Origin: Phaeosaccion multiseriatum
Taxonomy: Eukaryota; Protista; Ochrophyta, other classes
Length of the DNA: 64,000 nucleotides
Assembly (NCBI GenBank): GCA_965112735.1
Contig: OZ218965.1
Location: 1,736,001-1,800,000 of the forward strand
Direction: 5' to 3'
Part shown: positions 24,280-42,434 of the stretch, in pieces
Position numbering within the stretch: the stretch's first letter is position 1
Layout: every line of letters starts with the position of its first letter
Notes under the pieces: model-generated
Seen by the model: only the letters and a program-made list of their open reading frames with translations
What the model was told of the DNA's origin: nothing
Databases searched by the model: none
Position numbers and translations under genes: made by a program

Positions 24280-24980
24280 TGTGAGAGAGAGAGAGGGAGG
24301 GAGAGAGAGAGAGAGAGGGCGAGGGCGAGAGTCCGTTCGAGGAGGAGGGACACGGGAGGCACGAGTACAAGCCGGTGAAGCCGAAGCACTGAAGCCCACT
24401 GTGCGTGTGCTGAAGTGGCTCTTTAGCTATGTGGAGACTGGCCAGGGGGGGGCGACAAGACGATGGGGTGAAGGTCGAAGAGTCCTCGCAGCGTGGCTTT
24501 CTGCGACTGAAAGAGACTGAGATTATCGTCGCTAAACACTGCTGTACTGTGACTGACTGCTCTGACTACGTGGCTGCCTTCAGATCGACGCTGCCGCTGC
24601 GGCCCTGTACGCCGCCATGCCTGCCAAGTCTTTGCTGGTGGTGGTGTACCAGAGCTGCCTCAAGGAGATGCGCGACCTGGCGGCTACCAAGACCAGGACG
24701 AGGTGGAGCCTAAGAGCAAGAGACTCCAAGTAAGTGTACGTGCGCGTGCGTGCGTGCGTGCGTGCGTGCGTTATGAGGGTTGTTATTCTTCTTTGTCATT
24801 TGTGCTTGTGTGTTGAGACGAGACAGAACAGACCCGCTGCTCTTATGGTTGGTGTAATTTTCGCTCCCCTTTCAAGCATGTCCTGCCATAGTCCTTGGTT
24901 CCTCGCGCGGGTCATCTCGTATCTTTTGCCACGGCGAGGTGGCATCATGAAAGAGTCTGCCTCTAAGTACATTTTGCTTG

Positions 24981-25020
<40 letters not shown>

Positions 25021-25227
25021 TCTCCATCTAACGTTTCGCTCCTTTGTTGCCCGTCCATGCCCTACCCGCACCTCACTGCACCTACCAACCCTTCCTTTCG
25101 ACGCCCCAGCCAGCAAATGGAAGGCATCAAGGGCGGCGTGTCTCCGTGGAGAGAGCAGGACGAGGCTTGCTTGTACACGGCTGCAGGCCACGCTCTCAAT
25201 GGAGTCACTTTCCTCGCCCTTAAGTAG
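17944..25227 (+). CDS. DEDDh 3'-5' RNA exonuclease, REXO1/REXO5 (Rex1/SDN)-like
   Basis: ExoI VGVDCEMV..LARVSMVN..IYDELVKP..VTDHNTEFSGIT, ExoII LVGHSLDSDMRALKIVHPHIIDTA, ExoIII GHDSVQDA. Terminal exon ...PWREQDEACL..GVTFLALK* (TAG 25225-25227). About 14 exons; small 5' exons at 17944-18067, 18183-18277, 18599-18658 and others join in frame. Confidence 0.88.
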
Positions 25228-25869
25228 CATCGAAGCTGGCAAGAGTCAAGACTCAGTCTCTCTACTCTTTGAATGAATATCATCCTCTCCTTGTTATTTC
25301 TGCTGCTGCTATACTACTTCCTGAAGAGGCGGATAGCCTGCTGTAATTGTAGGCTCCCACCCCCCCCCCCCTGACACAGGATCGCTTGCCGGAGGGGCTC
25401 CTTGGCTCTGGGGAGATCCTTTACACAGCAGCAGCAGCAGCAGGAAGTCGCTACCTTGGTCTAAGCTTTGCGTGGTCTTCTCCGTGGGGTCGAAGCTCCG
25501 CTCCAAGTGCTATCTCTTCAAAGCTCGGGGCTTCCCAGAGCTGCTATATCGCCTCGCCACTTGGAGGACCATTGTGCCATCGTTCTCATAGTCACCCATG
25601 GTCTCCCCAAGGAATTGCTTTTCTGGAAGCGGCTCTCTCCCAGGAGAATTTGCGGCGGTGGGAGGGGCCGTCGATGTTGTGATGCCTGCTGTCGAGCTAC
25701 AGGTGGCACCCATGCTTGCTTCCGGAAGCTTTTCTTTCTTTGTCTAGTCTGTGTGTAACGGGACACCATCTGTGATTCTTCGGACACCCAACACGCCCAC
25801 CCTCGCACCCATACGGAGCCGGCCTTCCCCCCCATAATCTAACCCACACCTTGCACCTCCAAACGGAGG

Positions 25870-27142
25870 ATGCGGCATGGTGGGTCAGCGGTGCGCCTGC
25901 TACTGCTGCAGCTGCTTCTACTACTGTTGAGTCGTTCTGCTCCTTGCCTGGGCGCGATCCAGAGAGGGGGGGGCGGCGGAACTAGAGCGAGCAGCGCCGC
26001 CACGAGGGCACGCTACGATGGCACTAGCAGCATCTTTAGTCCAGATGGCCAAGTATACCAGGTGGAATATGCGGGAGAGGCAGTGGCGAGGTCGAGCCCA
26101 GCTATCGGCATCTGCACCTCAGAGGGTATCGTGCTCTGTGCGCGCAAGGGGTCAATGAGGGGCGAGACCAGCGGCTCTGCCGGCAAAGGCGAGGACACCC
26201 GGAACAGCCTCCAAGACCGCAGCGTCGAAGGGTATCGCGAGCGATTGAGCGCGGTGGATAGCCATGTTATGGCCTGTGCCACAGGCCTCACGGGAGACGC
26301 CATGGTGCTGCTCAGGGCGGGCCGGCGGGTGGCGCAGGGGCATCGCATCACCTTTCAGGTAGATGTTAGCAATTCAGCAGCGGGAAAGTAATCGAAAATG
26401 CGCGCGCGTATCGCATGCTCTCTCTCTGCCTTACACACACTTGGCTCCCTCCCTCCCCCCCGCCCGTTGCTCTTTCTCCTTCGTGCAGGAGCCCATCCCC
26501 GTGGCAGACCTGACTGGCAAGCTGGCGGATGCCAAGCAGGCCTACACACAATACGGGGGCCTGCGACCGTGGGGACTGTCGCTGCTCCTGGCGGGCTTCG
26601 ATGAGCGGCGAGGGCTTCAGGTATGCCACCCCGTTCGGGATGAGGGCGAAGATGGTGTTTATTATGATATCATGATGATCTCACTCTTTGTCCTCCCCCC
26701 CCCTCCTTACCCCACTCTCTCTCTCTCTGTCCTTGTTCTGTGAGAGCAGCTGTACAAGACCGATCCGACGGGCAACTTCGGCGCCTACCATGCCGTGGCC
26801 GTGGGGTCCAACGCTACCCGACTAACAGAGAGCCTGGCAGAGGCCTATGATCCAGCCATGAGTCTTGGGGAGGCAGCCCTGTTGGCGTCTACACTCATGT
26901 CAGAGCAGCAGGGGCAGGGCGGTAGTAAAGGACGAGCCGTCTTGAACAGAAACGAGGAGGAGGCCGGAGAGGGAGAGAGACAGGAAGAGGTCAGCAGCGT
27001 GGCGGAGGAAGAGGAGGAGGAGGTCGTCTCATTCGAAATGGGCACCGTAGTGGCAAGGGAAGGAGGAGGAGTGGATATGGTCATGTATTCAGACGCACAG
27101 GTGTTGGCTCTGCTTCAAGTCGCTGCTGCGGAAGGAGATTGA
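25870..27142 (+). CDS. PSMA4: 20S proteasome alpha subunit (alpha3/PSMA4-like) with an N-terminal signal peptide; probable periplastid-compartment paralogue
   Basis: RYDGTSSIFSPDGQVYQVEYA, GLTGDA, KQAYTQYGGLRPWGLSLLLAGFD and LYKTDPTGNF. Exons 25870-26358, 26489-26620, 26750-27142 (all phase 0). N-terminus MRHGGSAVRLLLLQLLLLLLSRSAPCLGA. Confidence 0.88.
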
Positions 27143-28289
27143 GGAGGAGGAGGAGGAGGAGGAGGAGGAGGAGGAGGAGGAGGAGGAGGAGGAGGAAGAG
27201 GTGGTGGTGACGGAGGAGGAGGAGGAGGAGCAGGAGCAGGAAGAGGTGATGGTGGCCAAGTGGGCTGGAAGACATGCAGGTCTCCTCTCCTTCACCTTGC
27301 GCGTGGAAGGGGCCAATGGTGTCCTTGACGATGAGCCGACAAACTGCTCTAAAGTCAAGTAGACTCGCTCTTCCCATCCGCCTGTGTGTGGCGGTGGGAG
27401 GGTCTCCCTGGTAGAGCGCGGAGGGAAAGGAAGGAGGGATGGTATCTTTCAGTCCGCCAGGAGAAGTTAGGAAGGCCTCCCGGCGAAGCAGCCCCTCGGC
27501 AAGTGTGTCTCGTACTGAGCAAGTACTTCCATGTACCAGAGAAACGAAACGGAGGGCCCACGGGACGGGATCTCTTCCACAGCCGATCACAAGCTGCACA
27601 AGCTGATTTGGGCCGTTCGAGGCGAGGAGCGAGAACGCCGCTCGACTTATAGGAATCACCCTCCTCTGCCTATAAGTCGAAAGGGTGGAGGGGCAGGGAA
27701 TAACGTAGGGGTTCCTATTCTGTCGGTGCGGCTACAGGGGAGGAACGAACGCACACACGTCCGCGGTAGGGGGGTGCGGAGATGACAGCACGAAGCTCCT
27801 CCTCCCAGGGGACAAGCCCGACTTTAAACACCCAGAGGGAGGGAGAAGCGAAGCGATCTCACAGTGGCGACTTCCGTTGAGGGGTGGAGGTGGATGGGGT
27901 GCGAGGAGGACATGACGCTTCGGAGCATCTTTCGAAGGGGTTTGGAGCTCACAGATGGCTGCTAGAGGAGGCGCGCACAAAGCAAAGGAGTATGGGAGGA
28001 GGGAAGGGAATGTGTTTTCCGAGAGAGAGATAGAGAGAGATGCTTCGAGACGAGGATGAATTCGATCCTCTACCCGCCAAAATGTAACGCTTGTGACGCT
28101 TTTGCTTCGCTCCATACGGCCCCCATCATGCCACGCCCCCCTCTGCTGCGGCCGTGTTCGACGGCGCTGCTCTCTGCACTCTCTCTCCAAGGACATTTGA
28201 GACTGCTGCTGCGGTTCTGTATCGCAGCTCTGACGTTCCATGGCTGCCTCATCTAGTGCTGCCATTGAGCGGGTAATGTTCTAAATGCA

Positions 28290-29466
28290 CTATTTGTGCC
28301 GGCTACTCTTGCTTTCTTGCCGCCCGTCGTCCTCATACTCGTACTCCCCCACTGCCTCATCGTAGTAGCCCTCGTACGCATCCTCCCCGTCCTCCTCCTC
28401 CTCCTCCTCATCATCATCACCCCCTGCCCTACCCCCCCCATCCTCCTCGTCCGCCACCACAAGTCCTAGCTCTGCACGCTTGTCCAGCTCCGCCATGGTA
28501 AGGTTGATGAGGCTGACGCTGTCCCTGCGATGTACGTACTTGTTCTTGTACTTAATGCTCCGGTTGATGACGAGCAAGCGGTCTACATCAACGAGGATGC
28601 ACCCACACATGGCCCCTGCTCCCTGCCCGTGATCCTTGCTGGTGCTAAACACCGTAAACACCTTGGCCCCCTTGGACAGCGACACGCCCTCGCTGTGAGC
28701 CTCATGCGCCCTTATAATGTATGACAGCCCGCCTTCTTCTAGGAAGTCTGAAATGGCCTTCTCGCCGAAGCAAATAGCGCCTCCCCCTCTCAGGCTCTCC
28801 CCAAAGCCGGCCTCATCTAACTCCATCTCCTGCTCGTCCCGGGCAGGGTCGCTCCATAAACAATCGGACGCTATTTGCTGAGACTCAAAGGTTTCCGCCT
28901 CGTTGGGTGGACACACGCCGGCCACACTCGGCACAGAGAGCATGTCCTGCAGACGCGGCACTGAGAGGTCGCTGGACGTGCGTCTTGGAATGCCACCGTG
29001 CGCACAAAATATGTCATGATCAATCACCCCGGCCAGCGGCAGGCGATCGAACACACTATTACAGGCTTCCCACACATCCTCCCCCAGCTCATCCCCGAAG
29101 CGCGCCTGGCACTGCCACAAAAAGCTCCGGTCACCGTAATGTTCGATCCACCCGTTAACGTCCCTTAGCTCGTGGTTTCCGCGCAGCATGAACAACTTGT
29201 CCGGGTTTTCAATCTTGAGCGCAAAGAGGTAGGCTAGCACCTCCAGCCCCTGCATCCCCCGATCCACGTAGTCGCCAAGAAACAGAAACTACAATCGTGG
29301 GCGGGTGGACAAGATGGAGGGGAGTGAGTGAGTGAGTGGGCGGGGGGGGGGGGGGATAGGGGGCATGGGATGGGAGGCGGGATGGAGAGGATATGTAATC
29401 GACGACATGAGTCCACAGGACCACTATCTACCTGTCGCAGATGGTACCTTCAGCAGAGACCGCCTG

Positions 29467-29512
<46 letters not shown>

Positions 29513-29870
29513 TGCCCACCATGTGCTGCTTTCAATGGTAGGGCCCCTCACCTTGCCCGCGGTCACGTTCATGCCCAGCTTCCAAATGTTGTCCGCAAAG
29601 AAATTTAGGTCCTCCAGGTTCCCGTGAATGTCTCCAAACACATAGGTCGGGGACTGCAAAAACACACATCGCGGCTCCTCCTCAAAGAGCGGTGCCACCA
29701 TCTGGCACAGCTGCACCAGCTCCTGTGCGAACTTCTCTGACTTGAGGTAGTCGGCGAACATTTCGGGCTTTTTGAACATGCTGGCCATCTTCTGTGCCAA
29801 AGGGTCTTTCTTTTTGTACGGGGCGATGTTCCGGAGGGCTGTTGCTGTTGCCATGGAGGCATGACGTCTG

Positions 29871-29935
<65 letters not shown>

Positions 29936-30492
29936 CGTGCGTGCGCGTATCGACAGATTGCAGAAGATGGCAGCGCACAGCGACAGAAGGAGATTGATTG
30001 GAGACATAGGGAGAGAGCGACGGGGTGGGGTGGGGCGTGGAGCGAAGTGTTGAGTGCGAAGTGGACAGCAAGGGTAGAGCAGTCGTACGTTGAGAGGGGG
30101 GCGGGGTTGGGCAGAGGGTGAAGAGCAGACAACACATCCTGAGGGGGCGGAAGCAAGATGAGCACCATCCACGTCAATATGCTTTTGCTTGTATGCCCAA
30201 GGACCAAATCAGACCCTTGTTCCCCCTGTCCTCCCTTCCCTTACCCGATGGCCAGACTCTTGGTGCTCTTCTCGTCGACCATGTGGATCACGGGTTCTAA
30301 CTTAAGGTGTCGCTTCATGACCGCGTCCCCATTGGAAAGCTGCTCCTTCGTCAAGCGCTGCACCTCTGCCTGGAGGGCATTCACTGCGCCGTCCTTCTCC
30401 ACGAGCAAGTCGTGCAGTTCCTTGATGGTTGCCCCGGTCACCTCATTCCTCTCGCCCTTGCCCCCACTCTTACGGCGAAAAGAGATTGGCAT
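28290..30492 (-). CDS. Ser/Thr protein phosphatase, PPP family, with N-terminal coiled coil and acidic tail
   Basis: GDIHG, GDYVDRG, LRGNHE, HGG, LWSDP and IRAHE motifs. Exons 30492-30245, 29867-29552, 29288-28290 join in frame. Confidence 0.92.
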
Positions 30493-30937
30493 CCCTCCCT
30501 TTATTCTTCCTACCCAAAGGGCGCCCACCCCCTCTCCTGCGCCCCTCTCTTTCTCTTACAAACTCTTTTTTCTGACTTTTGTTCCACCTGTCTTCTTCTC
30601 TTGCCGTCCTCCGGCCCTCTCCAAAGCGAGGAGCAGCTTCTCCTCCACCAGAAATTCTCGCCCTGATTTCTTTTCTGTCCTGTTGTTGTCGCAGCGTTTG
30701 GTGCTTGTGCTAACTCGTTTTATTGGCTAGAATAGGGTCGGCTGTTGTGTTAACGAAAACGCCCGAGGGGGGTGCTCGCAAATGGCGCCCGGCGAACCAA
30801 CCTTCTACCCTACCATCGATTGACATCAGAACAGCTCAGCCCCCTTTTGATTGGGTAAAGCTCTTTCTCTGGAGGGATTTTGCGTGGGAAACACCCCAGA
30901 AGAGAGAGCAGGCGAGAGGAAGGAGCCAGCCAAAGAA

Positions 30938-33720
<2,783 letters not shown>

Positions 33721-35037
33721 TGCCATCTATAGCAGTATCTGACTGGACACGTTTTCCGTCTTGGTGGAAAGAAGAGATGTGATGTGATGTGTTGGCGTGC
33801 AGCGGCGGAGGAGGATGGCAACCAACGTGCGGTGACTCACGCATATCCCCTCGCTCAGCCCTTCAGCCCGGCGTTTGCCGCGAGCATGCTTCCATCCTGT
33901 CTCCTGTCCCTACCTACCTACAAGCGAGGTGACTTAAAGGCCCCTGCCAACTCGTGAGGCAGCGGATGGCGGAAAGACGAAGAAGCGAAGAAGACGAACG
34001 AGTGCTTCATGGGGGGAGGTCGGTCTTCTCTGATGGATGGATGGCAATGGATGGCTGTTCCAAAGCTCACCAGTCATGCTGCTCGGGACCTTTCCAGCAC
34101 TCACTGCCAATGCTCTGAATGTCTCGACACCCACTCCGCGCGGGCGCTGGAAGTAGAGCATGTGCACATCCATCTCCCTGTGCCCATCCTCGGATTCCTT
34201 CGGCGAGGGGCGGAGGAGTGGAGGAGAAGAAGGGAGGACGGGCCAGGACTAAGGATTACGCCTGTAGGTCGGTGCGCTCGGACCAGAGAGAAGGACAAAG
34301 GCCCTTTACGTGCGCGGCAGTCGCGGCGCAGGCGGCAGCGAGGAGGCCGGCAATAGGCTTCCCAACCCCGGCAGTCGGGACCGACGGCAGCGAAGCGAGG
34401 GTGTGCGAAGATGCGAAGGACGAGGGTGGAGGAGTACTGAGATGGGCACGGAGGAACGGCAGATCAACAGACGAGTCTGAGACCGGTCTCCGGGGGAGGG
34501 GGCGAGGAGACGAGGAGGGTAGAGCGTAGTTTCCGCTTCGGCTCTATGAATCTGGTAGAAGAAAAAAAGAGGCCAATACATACGATAAAGAGAGAGCTAG
34601 AAGTAAGGAGGGACAGGTGCACCGGTACCGCTCCTATCGCTTTATCACCCTTTCCCAGGAGGAAAAGCCCTCAAAGGGGCGGTGGAGACCGAGGCAGGAG
34701 AACGAGCTAAAATTGGAATTCGATCTGTTGCGCTGTCCGCATCCCGCACCGCAACTTCGCAAAACAGTTGCCGAGAGAGAGAGAGAACGGAAGCCCAACA
34801 GAGTAAGAGGGGGGCTGAAGAGAGAGGATAGTATAAGGGCGACCGATTTTGCTAGGAGCAGCCCATCCCTTTTCCTTCTCATCTCTCTCTCTGGAGTGAG
34901 GTAAAGAGGGTAACAAAATCTTTTCCTTCTGCTGCTGTAGCTCTCAGTCCAAGGCACGTGAAGAAGAAGAGGAGAAGCAGCGTAGTACGGGCGGACGCGG
35001 CGGGACAGGGGGGGGTGGAGCAGCAGTAGGGGACACC

Positions 35038-38000
35038 ATGACGTCTGGAGAGAGAAGCGGCGCTCCCCAACCGCTCAGCATTGACGATAGAGGCGCCTCA
35101 GTGGCTGCGTCCTCCGTGTCGGAGGATCTGCTGACAGGCCCAGGCAATAGAGATAGATCCAAGTTCGAGAAGACGGTCACCGGTGGAGGTATTGGTGAGG
35201 GGGACAATGCAGGCATCGCGTTGACAACAGCACAAGCAGAGGAGCACGCAGCAGCAGCGGCCGCCGCCAGCGCCTCTCGCGCCGACCCTCCTCCTCGGGA
35301 TGAGAAGGTTGAGGTGTTCGAGAAGTGGCTGCTGGACAATGGCGCCGCGTTTCCCCAGTTGGAGATTCGACGCTACGCCGACGAGGTGCGGGGGGTGCAT
35401 GTCCGGCCGGAGGGGGTAGAGTTTGACGAGGTGATCGTGGAGATCCCGCTCAAGTGCCTCATCACGGTGGAGATGGGCAAGGAGCTTGAGGTGGGACAGG
35501 CCGTGATCCAAGCCGACCTGGACCTCGACGCACCCAAGCACGTGTTTCTCATGCTCTTTATGCTGGTGGATCGAAAGCGACCCGACAGCTTCTTCAAGAC
35601 TTACTACGACATCCTCCCAGCCACGCTGTCCAATATGCCCATCTTCTGGTCCGCGGAGGAGCTCAAGCTGCTGGAGGGGTCGTATCTGCTCACCCAGATC
35701 GAGGAGAGGAAGTTTGCCATCCAGCGGGACTACGAGGCCATCTGTGAGGTAATACACTTCCTCACTCACTCACTCACTCACTCACTCACTCACTCACTCA
35801 CTCACTCACTCACCCGCCGTGCACGCACGCACCCACCCACCTACCCACCCACCTGAAGCTATGCTCTGCCACCACAGTGCTGCATCAGCTCACCCGTCAG
35901 CACAGCCCAATGGTACAGACCGACACTTCTTCTCTTTCGTTCCTGACCCCCCTTGAACCCTTCCCCGCCCCTTCCCTTCTTCTTGCAATTCTTCCCCTTC
36001 CCCTGGCTGCAGGTCTACCCCCCCATGGCGGACATCTGCACCTTGAAAGAGTTCGGGTGGGCGAGGATGTGTGTGTGCTCCAGGAACTTTGGTCTTGACG
36101 TCAACGGCCTGCGTACAAGGTAAATACGTACCTGCTGAGACTACCTTCTGAAGCACACCTCCTTATCCTCCGACCTATACATTGTTTAGTATGCACATGT
36201 GTATGTATGTGTGTGTGTGTATTGTAGTTGTAGTTTTGGAGCAACGCGGATTTCAAGAAGGAGGCGAGGGTATGAAGGAAGGCCCTCTCTCACTCATCCT
36301 CTCCTTACTCCTTTGCTCCTTCAACCGTGCTCTCCTCCCTCCTTCCCCCTCTCCGTCGTCGCCAGCGCCCTTGTCCCGTACGCCGACATGCTCAACCACT
36401 ACCGGCCTCGCGAGACCAAGTGGACGTACGACGACGAGCGGGGAGCCTTTACCATCACCACGCTGCAACCCATCACCGGCGGCGCACAGGTAAGGCAGCA
36501 CACACTCCGAGTCAGTGGCCAAGAATCACTGCATTGGGTTGCGGTGGGCCGGCACACACTGTGGGGGCTCCGGTGTGAGCATCGCGCTTACTTTACCCCG
36601 TCCCCACCCACCCACGCCCCCCCCCTTTAACGCAAGCATACTTAAAACACATACACACGCACACACGCACACACACACACATGAACATGGACAGGTGTAC
36701 GACAGTTACGGCAAGAAGTGCAATCACCGCTTCTTGCTGAACTACGGCTTCGCCATTGAGAACAACTTGGAGACCTTTGGCCCTAACGCCCCGAAGGACC
36801 CTAACAGCAGGCCGGGCACACGCGTCTTCTGTCCCAACGAGGTCCATGCCCGGGAGGGGAGGGAGGGAGGCAGGGAGGGAAGGAAGGAGGGAAGGAAGGA
36901 AGGGAACCAGCCACGCCTGCGTGTCTGAGGGCTCGCGTGCGCTCTCTCTCTCTGGATGTTTTGGGGTCTCTAAGGTCTCTTATCTTTTGTCTCCATTCTC
37001 ACTCTGTCTTGCTGGCTGCTTGGTGCCCCAATACGCACACACACACACACACACACACACGCACCCTCCCTCTCTCCCCTAAATGACGTGATACAGGTGC
37101 CATTTGTGGTTTCGCTGGACGCCACCGACCCGCTGCTGGAAAGAAAGCAGCAGCTGTGGAAGCTCGATGGGGGAGGATCGGCCAAGCGGATACGGGTGGC
37201 ACAGGTCGGTTGAGAGAAGCCATCTCACCTCACCTCACCTCACCTCGTTCCTTCCCCGCTGCTCTCGCGCGTCCGTCTTCCCTCCAAAACCGGTACACCC
37301 GATTGTCTGACGCCACCACTCTCTCTCTATCTCCCACTCTCTATCTCCCACTCCCTCTCTCTCTGTCTGTCTCCCTCTCTCTCTCTCTCTCTCTATCTCC
37401 CACTCTCTCTCTCTCTGTCTCCCACTCTCTCTCTCTCTATCTCCCACTCTCTCTCTCTCCATCTCCCACTCTCTCCTCTCGTACCCACACATGCCCACTC
37501 GCCTCCCCCGCTCACAAAGGGCGACAGCGAGACCACCAACTTCGACGTGCTCTTCTCTCTGCTGCGTATCGCGGCGTCTAACGAGGAGGAGTATAGCGAG
37601 ATCGAGAAGGGCGCCCGATACATGTACCGGACAGCGAGGGACATCCGCTTCCCGCTCTCCCTTCGGAACGAGCGGGCCGTGCTGGAGAAGCTCCTAGCCA
37701 TGGTAAGTCAGCAAAGCTGGGGCGGGATGGCAGTGGATGATGATTTCACGCAGCGTAGTCAGCATTCGTGTGCGTGCGTTTTTGCGCGTGCTCGAAGTGT
37801 TTCTGCCACTGATTCTCGTGTGTGTATGAGGGGACACATGGGTCGCCATTCTGTGCCTTCTTTGCCGTGTGTGCGCCTCTGGTTTCTCCTGCCTACTTTG
37901 CATACGACTGCCGTTCGTGTGCTTGCTCACTCCTGCGAATCGCCAACTGCTGTATCACCAACAGGTGCACGAATACCTAGCGCTGTACCCGACCACGCTA

Positions 38001-38659
38001 GAGCAAGACCTTGACAAGCTCAAGAGCGACGCCTCTCTGGAGCCCTTTAGCAACGAGCGCCACGCCGTCATCCAGGCATGTTGGCAGTATGACGCTTACT
38101 TACAGATGGCAGTTGCGCGAGACGGGGAGGGGAGTGGGATGAAACATGCTATTATTGCTTTGCGCCCTCTGGTGCATGCAGTTCTATCTCCACAACAGTT
38201 TCAGTTCAGTTTTCGTCTAGGACCTCCTTCCTTCGATCCCCTCTTGTTCTGTCGTTGTGTTGAGGTAGGCTGTGCTAACTTTCCCCGACCCATGGCTCTG
38301 CTGCCACTGCTTCCTACCTACCCGCCCTCCCTTTTGCTCGTGGCGATTCTCTCTCTCTCTGTCTCTCTGTGGCCGAACGATACACAAATGACGACTGTCG
38401 GCAACGCTCCTCGGACGATGAACAGGTGAAGGGCGAGAAGGTTGTTCTGAGACACTACCAAGAGTTCGCCGAGGTAGGGCTGGCGTGCCTGGACGCAGAG
38501 CTGGACTCGGACATTGCCGGACTCGTTGACAAGAGGCACAAGCAGATCTTCACCTACTGCAACAACGTGTTGGGCCATCTGCGTAGACAGGACAAGGTGA
38601 AGGGAGCAAGGAGAGAGCATCAGCGGCATCACATGCCGAGCGGGCCCACAGTGGTGTAA
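35038..38659 (+). CDS. SET-domain methyltransferase, SETD3/Rubisco-LSMT family
   Basis: FEKWL..NGA, RGV, IPLKCLIT, YYDILP, PIFWS.EEL, SRNF, ALVPYADMLNH and YDSYGKKCNHRFLLNYGF. Exons 35038-35748, 36013-36119, 36366-36489, 36695-36841, 37097-37204, 37520-37702, 37965-38075, 38426-38659; the last intron is GC-AG. Confidence 0.9.
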
Positions 38660-39253
38660 GCTTATACACCCACACACACACGTAGGGTTATGCAAGCTTG
38701 GGTCGTTGGGTAGGCGACCTCCGCACGTGTCTTTGGGGTAGGGCCTTGAATGGGAAAGGAGGGCGCGTGGAGCGGGGGAAGCTTCAGCAGCAGGAAGCTC
38801 AGCAGGACAGCAGCAGTGGCGATGGTAGGAGATCGGGCGAGGAAAACACAGGGTTCAAGCTCAGAGTAGAGGGTAGCAGCCGCGTGGTGCATTCTCGAGC
38901 AGACAGCTCAGTTGAATTCAAAAGACTTAAAAACCGCTATCACAAGGAGCGCAGATCAGTGGAGAGGAGCAGAGTGGAGCCAAAAATCTCGATCTCCTCG
39001 ACAATTACATCTCGAGCTCGATATTTTACATTTTCTCGTTCTGCCCCCACTCCGCCACCCTCTCCCGTCTCTCTCCTCTCTCTCTCTCTTCCACATACTC
39101 TCTTATAAAGGGTTGACTGGAAGTACACTCTATCCCACACCCGACGGGAGGGCCGCAACTCCCTAGTGCTTTTCGTGACAGGGGAAGTTCCCTCCAACCC
39201 AGTGCAACTGGAACGGGCTTTGGCGCCCTCTCTGGAGGGGCTGCCGCCACTAG

Positions 39254-42180
<2,927 letters not shown>

Positions 42181-42434
42181 CTCTCGCTACCCTTGGCTTA
42201 AGCGGCGGGGGCAGGGGAGGAGGGAGAGAGAGACCGCTGGCAGCTCTGTACAGTCTTCATTGCTTTTTTTTTCTTCTAAAATTGAAAAATGTAACCCAAC
42301 ATACGACATCACGCTACAATACGCTACAAACACGGGCCCATTATGGTGCCGATTAAGTGCCTCAGTCCCGAGGAGGGGGGAAGGCAAGCCAAGTATGGTG
42401 CCGGTATGCCGATATGCTTCCACTTGTTTCCATT

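Noticed and set aside
27140-27240. Stop-codon readthrough or selenocysteine at the proteasome TGA followed by (GGA)n
   Set aside because: The alpha-subunit fold is complete before the TGA, the downstream sequence is a trinucleotide microsatellite, and no SECIS is evident.
27470-27560. IS66-like peptide PAKQPLGKCVSY
   Set aside because: Too short, interrupted by stops, and no other transposase motifs or TIRs.
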